Origin: Candidatus Kapaibacterium sp.
Lineage (GTDB): Bacteria > Bacteroidota > Ignavibacteria > Kapaibacteriales > UBA2268
Direction: 5' to 3'
NCBI GenBank assembly: GCA_938031175.1
Contig: CALHGZ010000007.1
Coordinates: 2,999 to 66,998 of the forward strand
DNA length: 64,000 nucleotides
In this document: piece after piece, positions 1-9,672 of the stretch
Position numbering within the stretch: the first letter of the stretch is position 1
Layout of the letters: each line of letters opens with the position of its first letter
Made by a program: the position numbers and the translations under genes
Notes under the pieces: model-generated
What the model saw: only the letters and a program-made list of their open reading frames with translations
What the model was told of the DNA's origin: nothing
Database searches by the model: none

Positions 1-53
1 GGACCGGATACATTTTCAATTATCTAACTATTTTTTTAGAAATGTAATTAAAA

Positions 54-503
54 TTAATTAATTACTTCATTGTTCTTTGAGATTAAAAGTTTAAAATAAG
101 AAACGTTATTATTTCCATAAAATAAAATGTTTGCTATGATAGATTTCAATTGATTACTGTCAATTTTTCTTCTTCTGAAAAGAAGGGCTTTTTCTATTAT
201 TTTTTCAATTGTATCGTTATCAATTAAACCTAATGAATGGTATTGCATTAATTCGCCCCAAGATTCGGTTGTAAATAAATCAATTTCGGCGCTATGTAGT
301 ATGCGAAAGCTTTTCTCATTTTGAGGTCTAATATCAGATTTCTCCTGAATAAACTTCTCGCTAAGCCAGCTTAATGCTACGGTAATTTCTAAATCAGTGT
401 AACCACGGGAATGCAATTCTTCAATATCAATATCGGCAATTGAATTGCTATCTTTCATCTCCGAGATTACATAAACTATTATTTCTACAATTCTTTCCAG
501 CAT
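54..503 (-). CDS. Smg-like protein (DUF494 family)
   Basis: The 149 aa N-terminus is MLERIVEIIVYVISE...LEITVALSWL, matching the Smg pattern (L..L..yi......L...Gf...ei..Al.WL). It lies immediately downstream of ybeY on the same strand. Confidence 0.5.
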   Translation of the reverse strand: MLERIVEIIVYVISEMKDSNSIADIDIEELHSRGYTDLEITVALSWLSEKFIQEKSDIRPQNEKSFRILHSAEIDLFTTESWGELMQYHSLGLIDNDTIEKIIEKALLFRRRKIDSNQLKSIIANILFYGNNNVSYFKLLISKNNEVIN

Positions 504-506
504 ATT

Positions 507-953
507 TTATTCTTGTATTAATTTTTCTTGTAATTGAAACATAATTTTTTTATTCTCTTCGGTATTATCATTAAATCCGAGCAGATGCAAAGTGCCATGA
601 ACAGTAAGCCTACATAATTCGTTTGTTAAAGTTACATCGTATTCTTTAGCTTGTTTGCAGGCTGTTTCATAAGATATATATATTTCACCTTCCAGAGGAT
701 CATGCTCAAACTCAAATGTAATTACGTCTGTTGGATAATTGTGATTTAAATATTTCTGGTTTAGTTGTTTCATATAATCATCGTTTATTATAATCACATT
801 AATTATAGCATCTTTTATTTCTTTATAATTTAAAGTTTTTATAATAACATTTTTAATCTTTTTTTTCGGTATTTTTTTTGCGTTACTTGAGTTAAAAATT
901 CTTATACTATACGACGAATTTGTGATTTGGGTATTTGTTTCTGTCTTTCTCAT
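507..953 (-). CDS. ybeY: Endoribonuclease YbeY (rRNA maturation factor)
   Basis: 148 aa. The C-terminal HGTLHLLGFND motif is the zinc-binding H-G-x-L-H-L-x-G-(Y/F)-D signature of YbeY. Confidence 0.85.
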   Translation of the reverse strand: MRKTETNTQITNSSYSIRIFNSSNAKKIPKKKIKNVIIKTLNYKEIKDAIINVIIINDDYMKQLNQKYLNHNYPTDVITFEFEHDPLEGEIYISYETACKQAKEYDVTLTNELCRLTVHGTLHLLGFNDNTEENKKIMFQLQEKLIQE

Positions 954-1384
954 TGATTTAAAATTGCTTCTGTTATCGAAAGTTGTAGAACAGAAAGTAA
1001 AATTGCTGGATCTAATTCCTTGAAATCTTTATTAATTAAATTTCTACTAATATTTGCATACATAGAGCAAGTGGATTGTTTACCTACGATTATACTCGAG
1101 ATTGTTTTTTCATTAGCTTGTATAAAAATAATTTCATCAGGTTCGAATGTCATATATCCAATTGGATTATGTAACTCATAATATCCATAGAGAGTTTGAA
1201 CAGAAATTAAGCACCCGACATCGTCTTTCTCAAACTGTATATTTTTAGATAAAGTCAATATCAATGATTGCTTATTTTCCGGATTTACTATTTTCCAGAT
1301 CCAGGTATTATCATTGACTTCGGGTGTACAATTTAAAATGCCTGAAATTTTTTCAATGTCCCCAGTATTAAATTCGCATTTCAT
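950..1384 (-). CDS. Hypothetical protein with no recognisable motif, translationally coupled to ybeY
   Basis: 144 aa ORF. Its stop overlaps the ybeY start by 4 nt (ATGA-type overlap). No signal peptide or known motif was seen. Confidence 0.4.
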   Translation of the reverse strand: MKCEFNTGDIEKISGILNCTPEVNDNTWIWKIVNPENKQSLILTLSKNIQFEKDDVGCLISVQTLYGYYELHNPIGYMTFEPDEIIFIQANEKTISSIIVGKQSTCSMYANISRNLINKDFKELDPAILLSVLQLSITEAILNQ

Positions 1385-1467
1385 ATTTCAATCCATTGTG
1401 TAGAAATCTATGTTAAATTAATAAATTTTTTGGATAATTAACAACAATAATGAATGAAATAAAAAAG

Positions 1468-1491
1468 GGCGTTAATAAACGCCCTTTTTTG
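1468..1491. terminator. Bidirectional rho-independent terminator
   Basis: Perfect stem GGGCGTT/AACGCCC with a 4 nt loop. It is flanked by an A6 run upstream and a T6 run downstream, and sits 17 nt past the 3' end of the 1433 aa gene. Confidence 0.6.
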
Positions 1492-1507
1492 TATTGCATA
1501 ATTTTAA

Positions 1508-4500
1508 TTATTTGTTTATAATGACTTTCTGTTTATCCTGGAAGGGACCGCTATGCATTGTGCAGAAGTAAGCACCAGAGCTAAGCCTGTCAATCGGTAG
1601 GGGTATGCTGTAGTGGCCAGGTGCCAAATCTTGTGCTATTAGTACTTCTACAACTTCACCAGCAGTGTTTATAAGTCTGATTTCAGTCCATCCCTGAAGT
1701 GCTACAGAAAATTCGATATTAGTACCAGCAGCTCCAACGGGGTTTGGTGAAATTTGGTATAGTGCATATTGTGAACCCGACATTTTAATCGGTCTCAAAT
1801 TCGATACGCAAGTTGGCTCTAATGTTATCGTAGTTTGGTCATTGTCTATATCCAAACATGCTGAGCCAATCACAGCAATATCGTAAGAGATTGTAACTGA
1901 TGTATCTTTAGATTCAGTCGTCAAATCTGTTGTATACCAGGGAAGGAATGAGTCGAATCCAATTTTTGCAATTTCACCATTGTGATTTAGATAACGCCCC
2001 GGTTTAGCGGTAAACAGTAAGGTAATTTCTTCTATTTTGTTTTGCTGGTCAACTATATTGAATTGTGCTTGCATATCAAAATCATTACGTATAGCGGCAC
2101 CGATTTCAACTTTGTCTCTTATTGCTGCAATGAAATCTTTCTTGTACCTAATTTTAGCACTAAATTCAGTTACTTTAGCTAAGCTGAGATCTTCTCCGGA
2201 CTCGAGATTAATAGTATAATAGAAGCTTTGCCCACTAATGACTCTATTTCTGTCAGCTGTCGTTTGATTTTTAGTTAAACGGCTATAGTGGACTGATTGC
2301 CCACGTATTTGTGCTGTTACAACAGGATTATCCAATGTTGTATTTTCAACAACAATTTGAGTAGCGGGAGTACCTACTATTGTTGGCTTAAATATTACTT
2401 CAATTATCTTAGTTTCATTTGGTGCAAGCTGGAAGCCGTTTTCGACTGATGGATCTACGAATTCGAATTCGGGTAACTTCGGTTGTAACTTTACGGATTT
2501 AACAGTGACTATTCCCGAGCCAGTATTACCTACTTCGCAACGAATAATTTCTGTTTCACCGACACAGATCAGTGAACTACCACCGGTTACGTAAATTCCT
2601 TGAGCAACACCATAACCAAGCCAGTTTGAGCTTACATCTGATTCTGCATCGCTTACTGTGGAAATTGAACCAATATGTTCGCCGATATGTTGAGCAACGA
2701 ATTCTGCGTCAATCTCAATATATTCATCTGGTTTGAGTGTAACCGGTAGTTTTACGCGATTCATTGTACCGGAATAGTAGAGATTATCTATATCAAATCT
2801 GAATCCCTCATTACCCCAATTATTCATATTTGTTGAAATTGCCATTTGAGGTTGAGTATTTATTCGAGTAATTGTTACTTCATCGGAAACATCGTCACCG
2901 CGAGCATCTGTCCAGCTATTATTTGTAATTCTGATTTTACGTTTTTGTATGTTGGATAAATCTTGAATTATGGTTGTATCGAAATCCATATCGAATGTAG
3001 ATATCTTTCCTAAAATACCAAAGCCTTCGAGTAGTGTGTATGTATCACTATTTGCTGTATTGCCGGGATAAGTTATTTTGATACGATGTTTTCCGACTGT
3101 TGTTGGCTGGAATGTTACAGGTACGTAAGCTGAGTCCTTGGCTTTTATAGTCATATTTTTAAATGCATTTCGATTAAATATGAAAGCATTACCGTTACCG
3201 TAGCTATCTTCGATTGCTATATCGGGTATTTTTACATCAGCTGTACCATTATTTTTTAGAACAATAACCTTTGTAGGTGCAACATAGGGATCGATTGGGA
3301 AGTTATTGCGATGAATTCTTCTTTTACCCCAATCAGCACTATTAGCTATTAAGTCTGCTTGAATACCTCTACCGGATAGATCAGCAATGCTATCACGCGT
3401 TTTAGCATTGCTATGGAAAATTATTTGGTCTATATATTGAATTTGGTCTTTAGGGGTAAAATCAACATTAAATGTATATCTTTCTCCTGGTTTTATTATA
3501 AGCGGATCCTGAGGGCTCATTTTCTTTAATCCTTTAGGCACAAATACATTAGCTGGATTACTCGGTCCAGTATATCCTGTGATTATTAAGTCTGTGCTAC
3601 CATAATTATGAATTTCTATGTTTCGGGTTTCAGTTGTACCGAGAATTAAATCACCCCAGATTGCGTCGGATACTTCAATAATTGGTTGTCCAACTCGAGC
3701 TTCTATTTGAGCAAAATAATCAAAAATACACAAATCTCCAGCACCTATAGAATCACGGAATTCACCATCTTTATTTGCTGTGAATCTCACAGTAAATGTT
3801 AGATATTCATCGGGATTTAAATCTCTGGGAAGTGTATAATCGTGTAATGTAAAATTCTGTTTGCCATTTTGAAGCTTAAGTTGGGTAATTGTTATTTTAC
3901 CTTTTGATTTATTGATTAATTTGAATGTTTGGTTTTTGACTTCTCCTACTTGCAATAGACCAAAGTCATAAAATTCAGGTTCAATAGCTAATTTAGTTGC
4001 AAAATATTCAAGTACAATGGTAGTATCATTACCTCTTCTATCGGAGAAAGTAATGACAGCCCTTGCATCTTCAAGCGGATTGATAACAGTTGCCTCCCAA
4101 GTAGTTCTAAAATCGGTTCCTGCTTCGAATGGTTTATAGCTGAATTTGTAATTGAAACTTTCCTCCCTATGGAATATAATTAAAGCGAGATTAGACCTTA
4201 CTAAGGGATCATCTGGTTTATCAGTAACGGTTGCTCCTTTAATATTACCACAATCCATAGTCCATATAGGAACCGGCGGCAGAGTATCAGGTCTTTCAAG
4301 ATCACCTAAAGCTACACTTGTAGGAAATCCATAAGAGTCATAGTCCGAGAATCCATAAGCATAAGCAACAAAGGGGTCATTTGCCCGGATTTTATAAACG
4401 CCATCGCCTGGTAAGAGAATAGTTTTTGAATAGTATTGTCTTTCTTTTTGTTCAGGATCAATAAATGGCAATCCACCTGTTGGGCTAATTGCACTGACCT

Positions 4501-5809
4501 TCTTCCAGGTAAATTGACCTCCGGAAACAGTGGCAAATTCCAAATCATCTGGGATTTCACCATTTTCAGTTCCTAAATAGACAATATTAATGTAGTTATC
4601 AGGATACCCATAGCCACCGCGTATTCCGGGTGTATTGAATGTAATTTCCGTCTGATATTGTTCAATCGGGGAGAGAACTAATTGGAATGGATCGCTAACC
4701 ACTCCATCATAGGATTGACCGGGATTGTATTGAGTTATATTGATAGGTTTATCACCCGACCATACCCATGGTTGATTTGGTTCTTCGTCAATGCGAATTT
4801 CGAGATAACCATACCCACTGATTCCGCCGGGAGTTTGAATTAAGCCCATCTGACGACCATTTCTGTATAATTTTGTCATTGGCTCTTTTGCAAAAATTTT
4901 CAGTAGTGAATTTTTTCTACGAGTTGCAATTTGTGAAACGTGATATTTTGTGCCCCAGGTATTAGTTGGCAATTCCATTTCAATAATAAAGTCGCAGTAG
5001 CCATATTCGCTGGGTATATATGCACAAAAGTTACCTGAAATAACACCAACTGGTTTGGAAGCAACAATTTTACTTCCTGACAAATCAGCACGAGGACCAT
5101 AACCAGCTACGAGATATACATCGCCTGCATTCATATTTACAGTCTCGGATTGTCCGGGTTTTAATCCACCAGCGGTTTGGGACCAAACATTACCCCCCAT
5201 TGTAAATCGTACTTTTGTATTATCATAGGCAGCAACAACACTTGTATAGGATGGGAGGTATTGCCCTACACCGAAATTCTCTGTCACAGGATCAGCATAA
5301 GAGGCTACTATATATTCTTTGCCCCAAGAAGAGACTGGTATTGCTAAAAAACCGTCACTTGTGTATTGATATCTCGTTACTCCATAGACTATTATTGGAG
5401 CATCAGCATAAACACGTATTGCTCTACCGGGGAAAACTTGCTCCGGTAGTGGTTTCTGCCGATCTGTTTTAGTATAACATTGAGCCAATGAGGGATAAAG
5501 TGAGAATTCTATTATATCATTTGGTATTGTCATTTTGGTTATATAGTATCCCATGCCCGGTATTTCCAAAGTAACGAGTGTTCGTACTCCAGATGATACA
5601 TAAATTTTTACGGCATTGTTTGGATTATATGTTTCCCAACAGGGATGGAATGTTAAATAAAATTCTTTCCCAACATTGTTGGCTCCGAGCATTTTGGGAA
5701 GGTTTTTTTTGAATTTTTCTAATTCAAAATCCTTCGAAATTGAGAGGTATGGGACAAAAATTATAAGAGCAAAAATAATGCTCATATAATTAATGATTCG
5801 TTGCTTCAT
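1508..5809 (-). CDS. Giant secreted multidomain surface protein with T9SS (Por) C-terminal sorting domain
   Basis: 1433 aa. The N-terminus has a hydrophobic signal peptide. The C-terminal ~80 aa (YQISPNPVGAAGTNIEFSV...GAYFCTMHSG...KVIINK) match the TIGR04183 Por_Secre_tail pattern. Several Ig-like/beta-sandwich-like segments are present. No catalytic motif was recognised. Confidence 0.7.
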   Translation of the reverse strand: MKQRIINYMSIIFALIIFVPYLSISKDFELEKFKKNLPKMLGANNVGKEFYLTFHPCWETYNPNNAVKIYVSSGVRTLVTLEIPGMGYYITKMTIPNDIIEFSLYPSLAQCYTKTDRQKPLPEQVFPGRAIRVYADAPIIVYGVTRYQYTSDGFLAIPVSSWGKEYIVASYADPVTENFGVGQYLPSYTSVVAAYDNTKVRFTMGGNVWSQTAGGLKPGQSETVNMNAGDVYLVAGYGPRADLSGSKIVASKPVGVISGNFCAYIPSEYGYCDFIIEMELPTNTWGTKYHVSQIATRRKNSLLKIFAKEPMTKLYRNGRQMGLIQTPGGISGYGYLEIRIDEEPNQPWVWSGDKPINITQYNPGQSYDGVVSDPFQLVLSPIEQYQTEITFNTPGIRGGYGYPDNYINIVYLGTENGEIPDDLEFATVSGGQFTWKKVSAISPTGGLPFIDPEQKERQYYSKTILLPGDGVYKIRANDPFVAYAYGFSDYDSYGFPTSVALGDLERPDTLPPVPIWTMDCGNIKGATVTDKPDDPLVRSNLALIIFHREESFNYKFSYKPFEAGTDFRTTWEATVINPLEDARAVITFSDRRGNDTTIVLEYFATKLAIEPEFYDFGLLQVGEVKNQTFKLINKSKGKITITQLKLQNGKQNFTLHDYTLPRDLNPDEYLTFTVRFTANKDGEFRDSIGAGDLCIFDYFAQIEARVGQPIIEVSDAIWGDLILGTTETRNIEIHNYGSTDLIITGYTGPSNPANVFVPKGLKKMSPQDPLIIKPGERYTFNVDFTPKDQIQYIDQIIFHSNAKTRDSIADLSGRGIQADLIANSADWGKRRIHRNNFPIDPYVAPTKVIVLKNNGTADVKIPDIAIEDSYGNGNAFIFNRNAFKNMTIKAKDSAYVPVTFQPTTVGKHRIKITYPGNTANSDTYTLLEGFGILGKISTFDMDFDTTIIQDLSNIQKRKIRITNNSWTDARGDDVSDEVTITRINTQPQMAISTNMNNWGNEGFRFDIDNLYYSGTMNRVKLPVTLKPDEYIEIDAEFVAQHIGEHIGSISTVSDAESDVSSNWLGYGVAQGIYVTGGSSLICVGETEIIRCEVGNTGSGIVTVKSVKLQPKLPEFEFVDPSVENGFQLAPNETKIIEVIFKPTIVGTPATQIVVENTTLDNPVVTAQIRGQSVHYSRLTKNQTTADRNRVISGQSFYYTINLESGEDLSLAKVTEFSAKIRYKKDFIAAIRDKVEIGAAIRNDFDMQAQFNIVDQQNKIEEITLLFTAKPGRYLNHNGEIAKIGFDSFLPWYTTDLTTESKDTSVTISYDIAVIGSACLDIDNDQTTITLEPTCVSNLRPIKMSGSQYALYQISPNPVGAAGTNIEFSVALQGWTEIRLINTAGEVVEVLIAQDLAPGHYSIPLPIDRLSSGAYFCTMHSGPFQDKQKVIINK

Positions 5810-6001
5810 ATACTCCTCCGTTGTATTTAAATTTTAACATCTTTACTATTGCTAATTAGATATAACAATCAATATATTGAAAAGTTTCTTAAATAAAAAA
5901 ATTTTTTTTATCCTCGACTATAAATTGATAATAATCATAGTTTATATTAAATTATATTTTTTAAAAAATAACAATTTTGTCAAATTGATTAATATCTAAT
6001 T

Positions 6002-7498
6002 ATGTTCAAAAGAATATTAATTTCGAACCGTGGTGAAATTGCAATGAGAATTATGCGAGCAGCAAAGGAACTCGGTATAGAGACAGTAGCAATCTATCAC
6101 AAAGTGGATATTTCATCCCCTTACGTACATTTTGCTGATCGAGCATACGAAATTAAATCCGAAACACCAAAGTCAGCTTATTTAGACATCGAACAAATCG
6201 TCGAAACTGCTTTGATCAGTGGAGCCGAAGCAATTCATCCCGGTTACGGCTTCTTATCTGAACGTTCAGAATTTGCTGAAGCAGTTGAATCCGCTGGTTT
6301 AAAATTTATTGGTCCTCGTTCTTACGCAATTGAAGTAATGGGAAACAAAACCCGGGCACGTGAACTAATGGCTAAAGCTGGTGTACCTATTGTCCCCGGT
6401 ACAAAAGAGAAAATTACAGACCTCAGCAAAGCTAAGGAAATTGCTGAAATGCTCAAATATCCAATACTTTTAAAAGCTGCAGCCGGTGGCGGTGGCAAAG
6501 GGATGCGAAAAGTTGATGCTGAACATTTGCTAAAAGACAACTTTGAAGCAGCTCAGCGTGAAGCTCTTAAAGCTTTCGGTGATGATAGCATCTATATTGA
6601 AAAATATCTAGAAAATCCCAAGCATATTGAATTTCAAATTATAGCAGATGAGTACGGCAACTATGTGCATTTGGGTGAGCGAGATTGCTCAATTCAAAGG
6701 AGGCACCAAAAAATTATTGAAGAAGCGCCTTCAACTGTTTTGGATGACGAATTAAGGCAGAAAATGGGGCAGGTTGCTTTGAATGCTGCTAAAGCTGTAG
6801 ATTATGTCAACGCTGGAACCATTGAATTTTTATTTGATAAAAATAAAGAATTTTATTTTTTAGAGATGAACACCCGTTTACAAGTAGAACATCCAATCAC
6901 GGAAATGGTAACAAATATTGATATTGTAAAAGAGCAAATAAAAATTGCAGCAGGAGAGAAATTATCATTTTCACAAGAAGATGTAAAATGGAACGGACAC
7001 GCTATTGAATGCAGAATTTATGCAGAAGACCCATTTAATAATTTTATGCCAGTAACTGGCAAAATTACTTATTTGCGTGAACCTGCCGGTTATGGTATTC
7101 GAGTTGATAGTGGAGTTGAATCCGGAAGTGAAATTAGTATACATTTTGATCCAATGCTCGCTAAATTAATAAGCTGGGGACCTAACAGAACCGCTGCTAT
7201 TAATACAATGGAAAAAGCTTTGAAATCTTATCTCATTAAAGGGCTAAAAACCGCCATACCTTTTGAAATTGCTGTAATGCAAAACGAAATTTTTCGAAAT
7301 GGTTATTATGACACATCTTTTATTGATATGTATTTTAATATTGATGTTTTAAATGAAATGCGAAAAAACTATGAAGAAAAAATTGCGGTAATTTCAGCTT
7401 TGGGTTATAAAATTATGAAAGACAATAAAAAACCAATTTATAATTCTGATACTCATTCAAAATGGAAAATTCTCGGACGTTCAAGAATATTAAGTTAA
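6002..7498 (+). CDS. accC: Biotin carboxylase (acetyl/acyl-CoA carboxylase biotin carboxylase subunit)
   Basis: 498 aa. The N-terminus MFKRILISNRGEIAMRIMRAAKELGIETVAIY and an ATP-grasp core (GGGGKGMR, EMNTRLQVEHPITE) are diagnostic of biotin carboxylase. Confidence 0.9.
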   Translation: MFKRILISNRGEIAMRIMRAAKELGIETVAIYHKVDISSPYVHFADRAYEIKSETPKSAYLDIEQIVETALISGAEAIHPGYGFLSERSEFAEAVESAGLKFIGPRSYAIEVMGNKTRARELMAKAGVPIVPGTKEKITDLSKAKEIAEMLKYPILLKAAAGGGGKGMRKVDAEHLLKDNFEAAQREALKAFGDDSIYIEKYLENPKHIEFQIIADEYGNYVHLGERDCSIQRRHQKIIEEAPSTVLDDELRQKMGQVALNAAKAVDYVNAGTIEFLFDKNKEFYFLEMNTRLQVEHPITEMVTNIDIVKEQIKIAAGEKLSFSQEDVKWNGHAIECRIYAEDPFNNFMPVTGKITYLREPAGYGIRVDSGVESGSEISIHFDPMLAKLISWGPNRTAAINTMEKALKSYLIKGLKTAIPFEIAVMQNEIFRNGYYDTSFIDMYFNIDVLNEMRKNYEEKIAVISALGYKIMKDNKKPIYNSDTHSKWKILGRSRILS

Positions 7499-7523
7499 TT
7501 TTTCAACAATAAAATAATCAAAT

Positions 7524-8039
7524 ATGGAAAAAATAACTATTCAGATTAATGAAAATGAATATGAAGCTACTTTATTAAATGATGCTAAAGAAATTATTAT
7601 TAATGGCAAACCCAAAAAAGTAGAATTATTGCACAAAATTGTAGAAAATGTCTGGTCGGTTTCAATTGATAACATTGTTTCAATAGTAGAATTTGACTAT
7701 GAACCAAATGGAGATGCAAAAGTTTATATAGACGGCTTTCAATTTGATGTAAAAATTTATGATCCCTTACACCTTCAATTAAAAAAATTTTTAAAAACGA
7801 AAGATTCGGAGGATCATTCAGGTATTACTAAAATAAAAGCACCAATGCCAGGATTGATTGTAAAAGTTTTGTGCAAGGAAGGTGACAATGTGAGAAAAGG
7901 TGACAACATAGTTATAATCGAAGCAATGAAAATGGAAAATGCAATGAAATCCCCAGTATCTGGTACAATCAGCAAAATTTTTGTAAAAGAAGCCGAACCT
8001 GTAGAAAAAGACTTCGTATTGATCGAGATTACTCAATAA
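7524..8039 (+). CDS. Biotin carboxyl carrier / biotinyl-domain protein
   Basis: 171 aa. The C-terminal biotinyl domain has the EAMKMEN attachment motif (IVIIEAMKMENAMKSPVSGTI). The N-terminal ~95 aa are unassigned. The gene follows accC by 25 nt. Confidence 0.7.
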   Translation: MEKITIQINENEYEATLLNDAKEIIINGKPKKVELLHKIVENVWSVSIDNIVSIVEFDYEPNGDAKVYIDGFQFDVKIYDPLHLQLKKFLKTKDSEDHSGITKIKAPMPGLIVKVLCKEGDNVRKGDNIVIIEAMKMENAMKSPVSGTISKIFVKEAEPVEKDFVLIEITQ

Positions 8040-8079
8040 TTTAATCATATCTTTTATAGCATTAGGAGCAAAACATAAA

Positions 8080-9507
8080 ATGTTGAAAAATAACGCATTT
8101 TTTAATTACTATGATTTAGCAGTATTATTTGGTGAAGAATCGCTTTTAAATATAAGCACTGACAAAAATTTTAAAGGAGTTTCCACCGATTCAAGGGAAG
8201 TACAGCCTGGTAACATATTTGTTGCATTAGAAGGTTCCAATATTGACGGGCATAGTAAAATACAAGAAGCTATATCTAAAGGTGCTTTATTAGCAATTGC
8301 TAAAAAAAATAAGATTGCTTATGAATGGCTTGAAAACAAATTACCCCTTGTACTGGTTGATGATACAATTAAAGCACTTGGACAATTAGCAAGTTATTAT
8401 CGCAGGCGTTTCGATTTTCCCGTAATTGCAATTGGTGGTTCCAATGGCAAGACGACAACGAAGGAAATAATTGCACATCTTCTGAGTCAAAGATTCAATG
8501 TGCTAAAAACATACGAAAATTACAACAATCAGATTGGTGTCCCACAAATGTTATTCCAATTCGATACTAAATTTGATATTTCAGTAATTGAAATAGGGAC
8601 CAATGAACCCGGTGAAATTTCTATATTATCAGAAATGATTTCACCAACACATGGCTTAATAACAAATATAGCCGAAGAACACTTAGAAAAACTAATTGAC
8701 TTATGGGGAGTAGAAGCTGAAGAAACACATTTATTTGGTTATTTGCATAAGCACGATGGTTTTTGTTTTGTTAATGCAGACGATGAAAGGTTAATCAAAT
8801 ATGGTATTTTGCTTGAGAATAAAATGACTTATGGATTCAATGAACTTGCCGATTTGAAAGCTGAATTAATAACTAATGATGATTTGACATATCAATTGAT
8901 ACTAAATTTCGAGGGCCGTTGTATTCGTGCCAAAATTAATGAAATTGGAATTTCAACTACTAAAAATGCATTAGCAGCGTCAGCTGTTGCTTTAAAATTT
9001 GGATTATCTGATAACGAAATTATTAATGGATTGGAAACGTACAAACATCCAAGATGGCAATCCTACGGACGTATGTCAATCGAAAGATACGGTTCAATTA
9101 CAATTATAAATGATACATATAATGCTAATCCCGCCTCGATGCTAAATGCACTCGAAACTCTTGCTAATTTCAAATCAGCAAATAAAAAAATTGCTGCTCT
9201 CGGAGATATGCTTGAACTTGGAGAGAATTCAATAAAATATCATATTGAGATTTTAAACGAAGCTATAAAATGCTCCGATAGTGTATATTTAACCGGCGAA
9301 TTAATGCTGTCAGCATCAAAAAAATTAAATTCTTCAAAAATCATACATTTCAAAAGCAAAGACGAATTAAGCCAACACTTAGCAAACAATCTCGAAACGA
9401 GTGATGTATTACTTGTCAAAGGCTCGAGAGGAATGAAAATGGAAGAAGTAATTATTAAAATTAAAGATTGGATTAATAGTAATAATTCAAAAAAGTTAGG
9501 AATTTAA
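8080..9507 (+). CDS. murF: UDP-N-acetylmuramoyl-tripeptide--D-alanyl-D-alanine ligase (Mur ligase family)
   Basis: 475 aa. It carries the Mur-ligase P-loop AIGGSNGKTTTKEII and has the length and domain order of MurF. Confidence 0.7.
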   Translation: MLKNNAFFNYYDLAVLFGEESLLNISTDKNFKGVSTDSREVQPGNIFVALEGSNIDGHSKIQEAISKGALLAIAKKNKIAYEWLENKLPLVLVDDTIKALGQLASYYRRRFDFPVIAIGGSNGKTTTKEIIAHLLSQRFNVLKTYENYNNQIGVPQMLFQFDTKFDISVIEIGTNEPGEISILSEMISPTHGLITNIAEEHLEKLIDLWGVEAEETHLFGYLHKHDGFCFVNADDERLIKYGILLENKMTYGFNELADLKAELITNDDLTYQLILNFEGRCIRAKINEIGISTTKNALAASAVALKFGLSDNEIINGLETYKHPRWQSYGRMSIERYGSITIINDTYNANPASMLNALETLANFKSANKKIAALGDMLELGENSIKYHIEILNEAIKCSDSVYLTGELMLSASKKLNSSKIIHFKSKDELSQHLANNLETSDVLLVKGSRGMKMEEVIIKIKDWINSNNSKKLGI

Positions 9508-9672
9508 AGTTCTAAATTTATTAGTATTTTAAAATAATTACAAAGTCATATTCTTTGGACTTGATGAATCTTATTGATTTCTGTAGAAAATATATGTTAG
9601 TAAAAAATAAAAACATTTAAAAAGCTTTTACATTATTTTGATATTCAGATCTTTCCAAAAACTCAAATTTGT

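Noticed and set aside
2037-5472. Small ORFs (60-85 aa) on the + strand inside the 1433 aa gene (2037-2219, 4152-4334, 5215-5472), plus similar antisense ORFs inside accC, the C25-like genes, ahcY, prs, lepA, PiT and mltD
   Set aside because: Each is embedded antisense in a long, well-supported gene. None has independent support.
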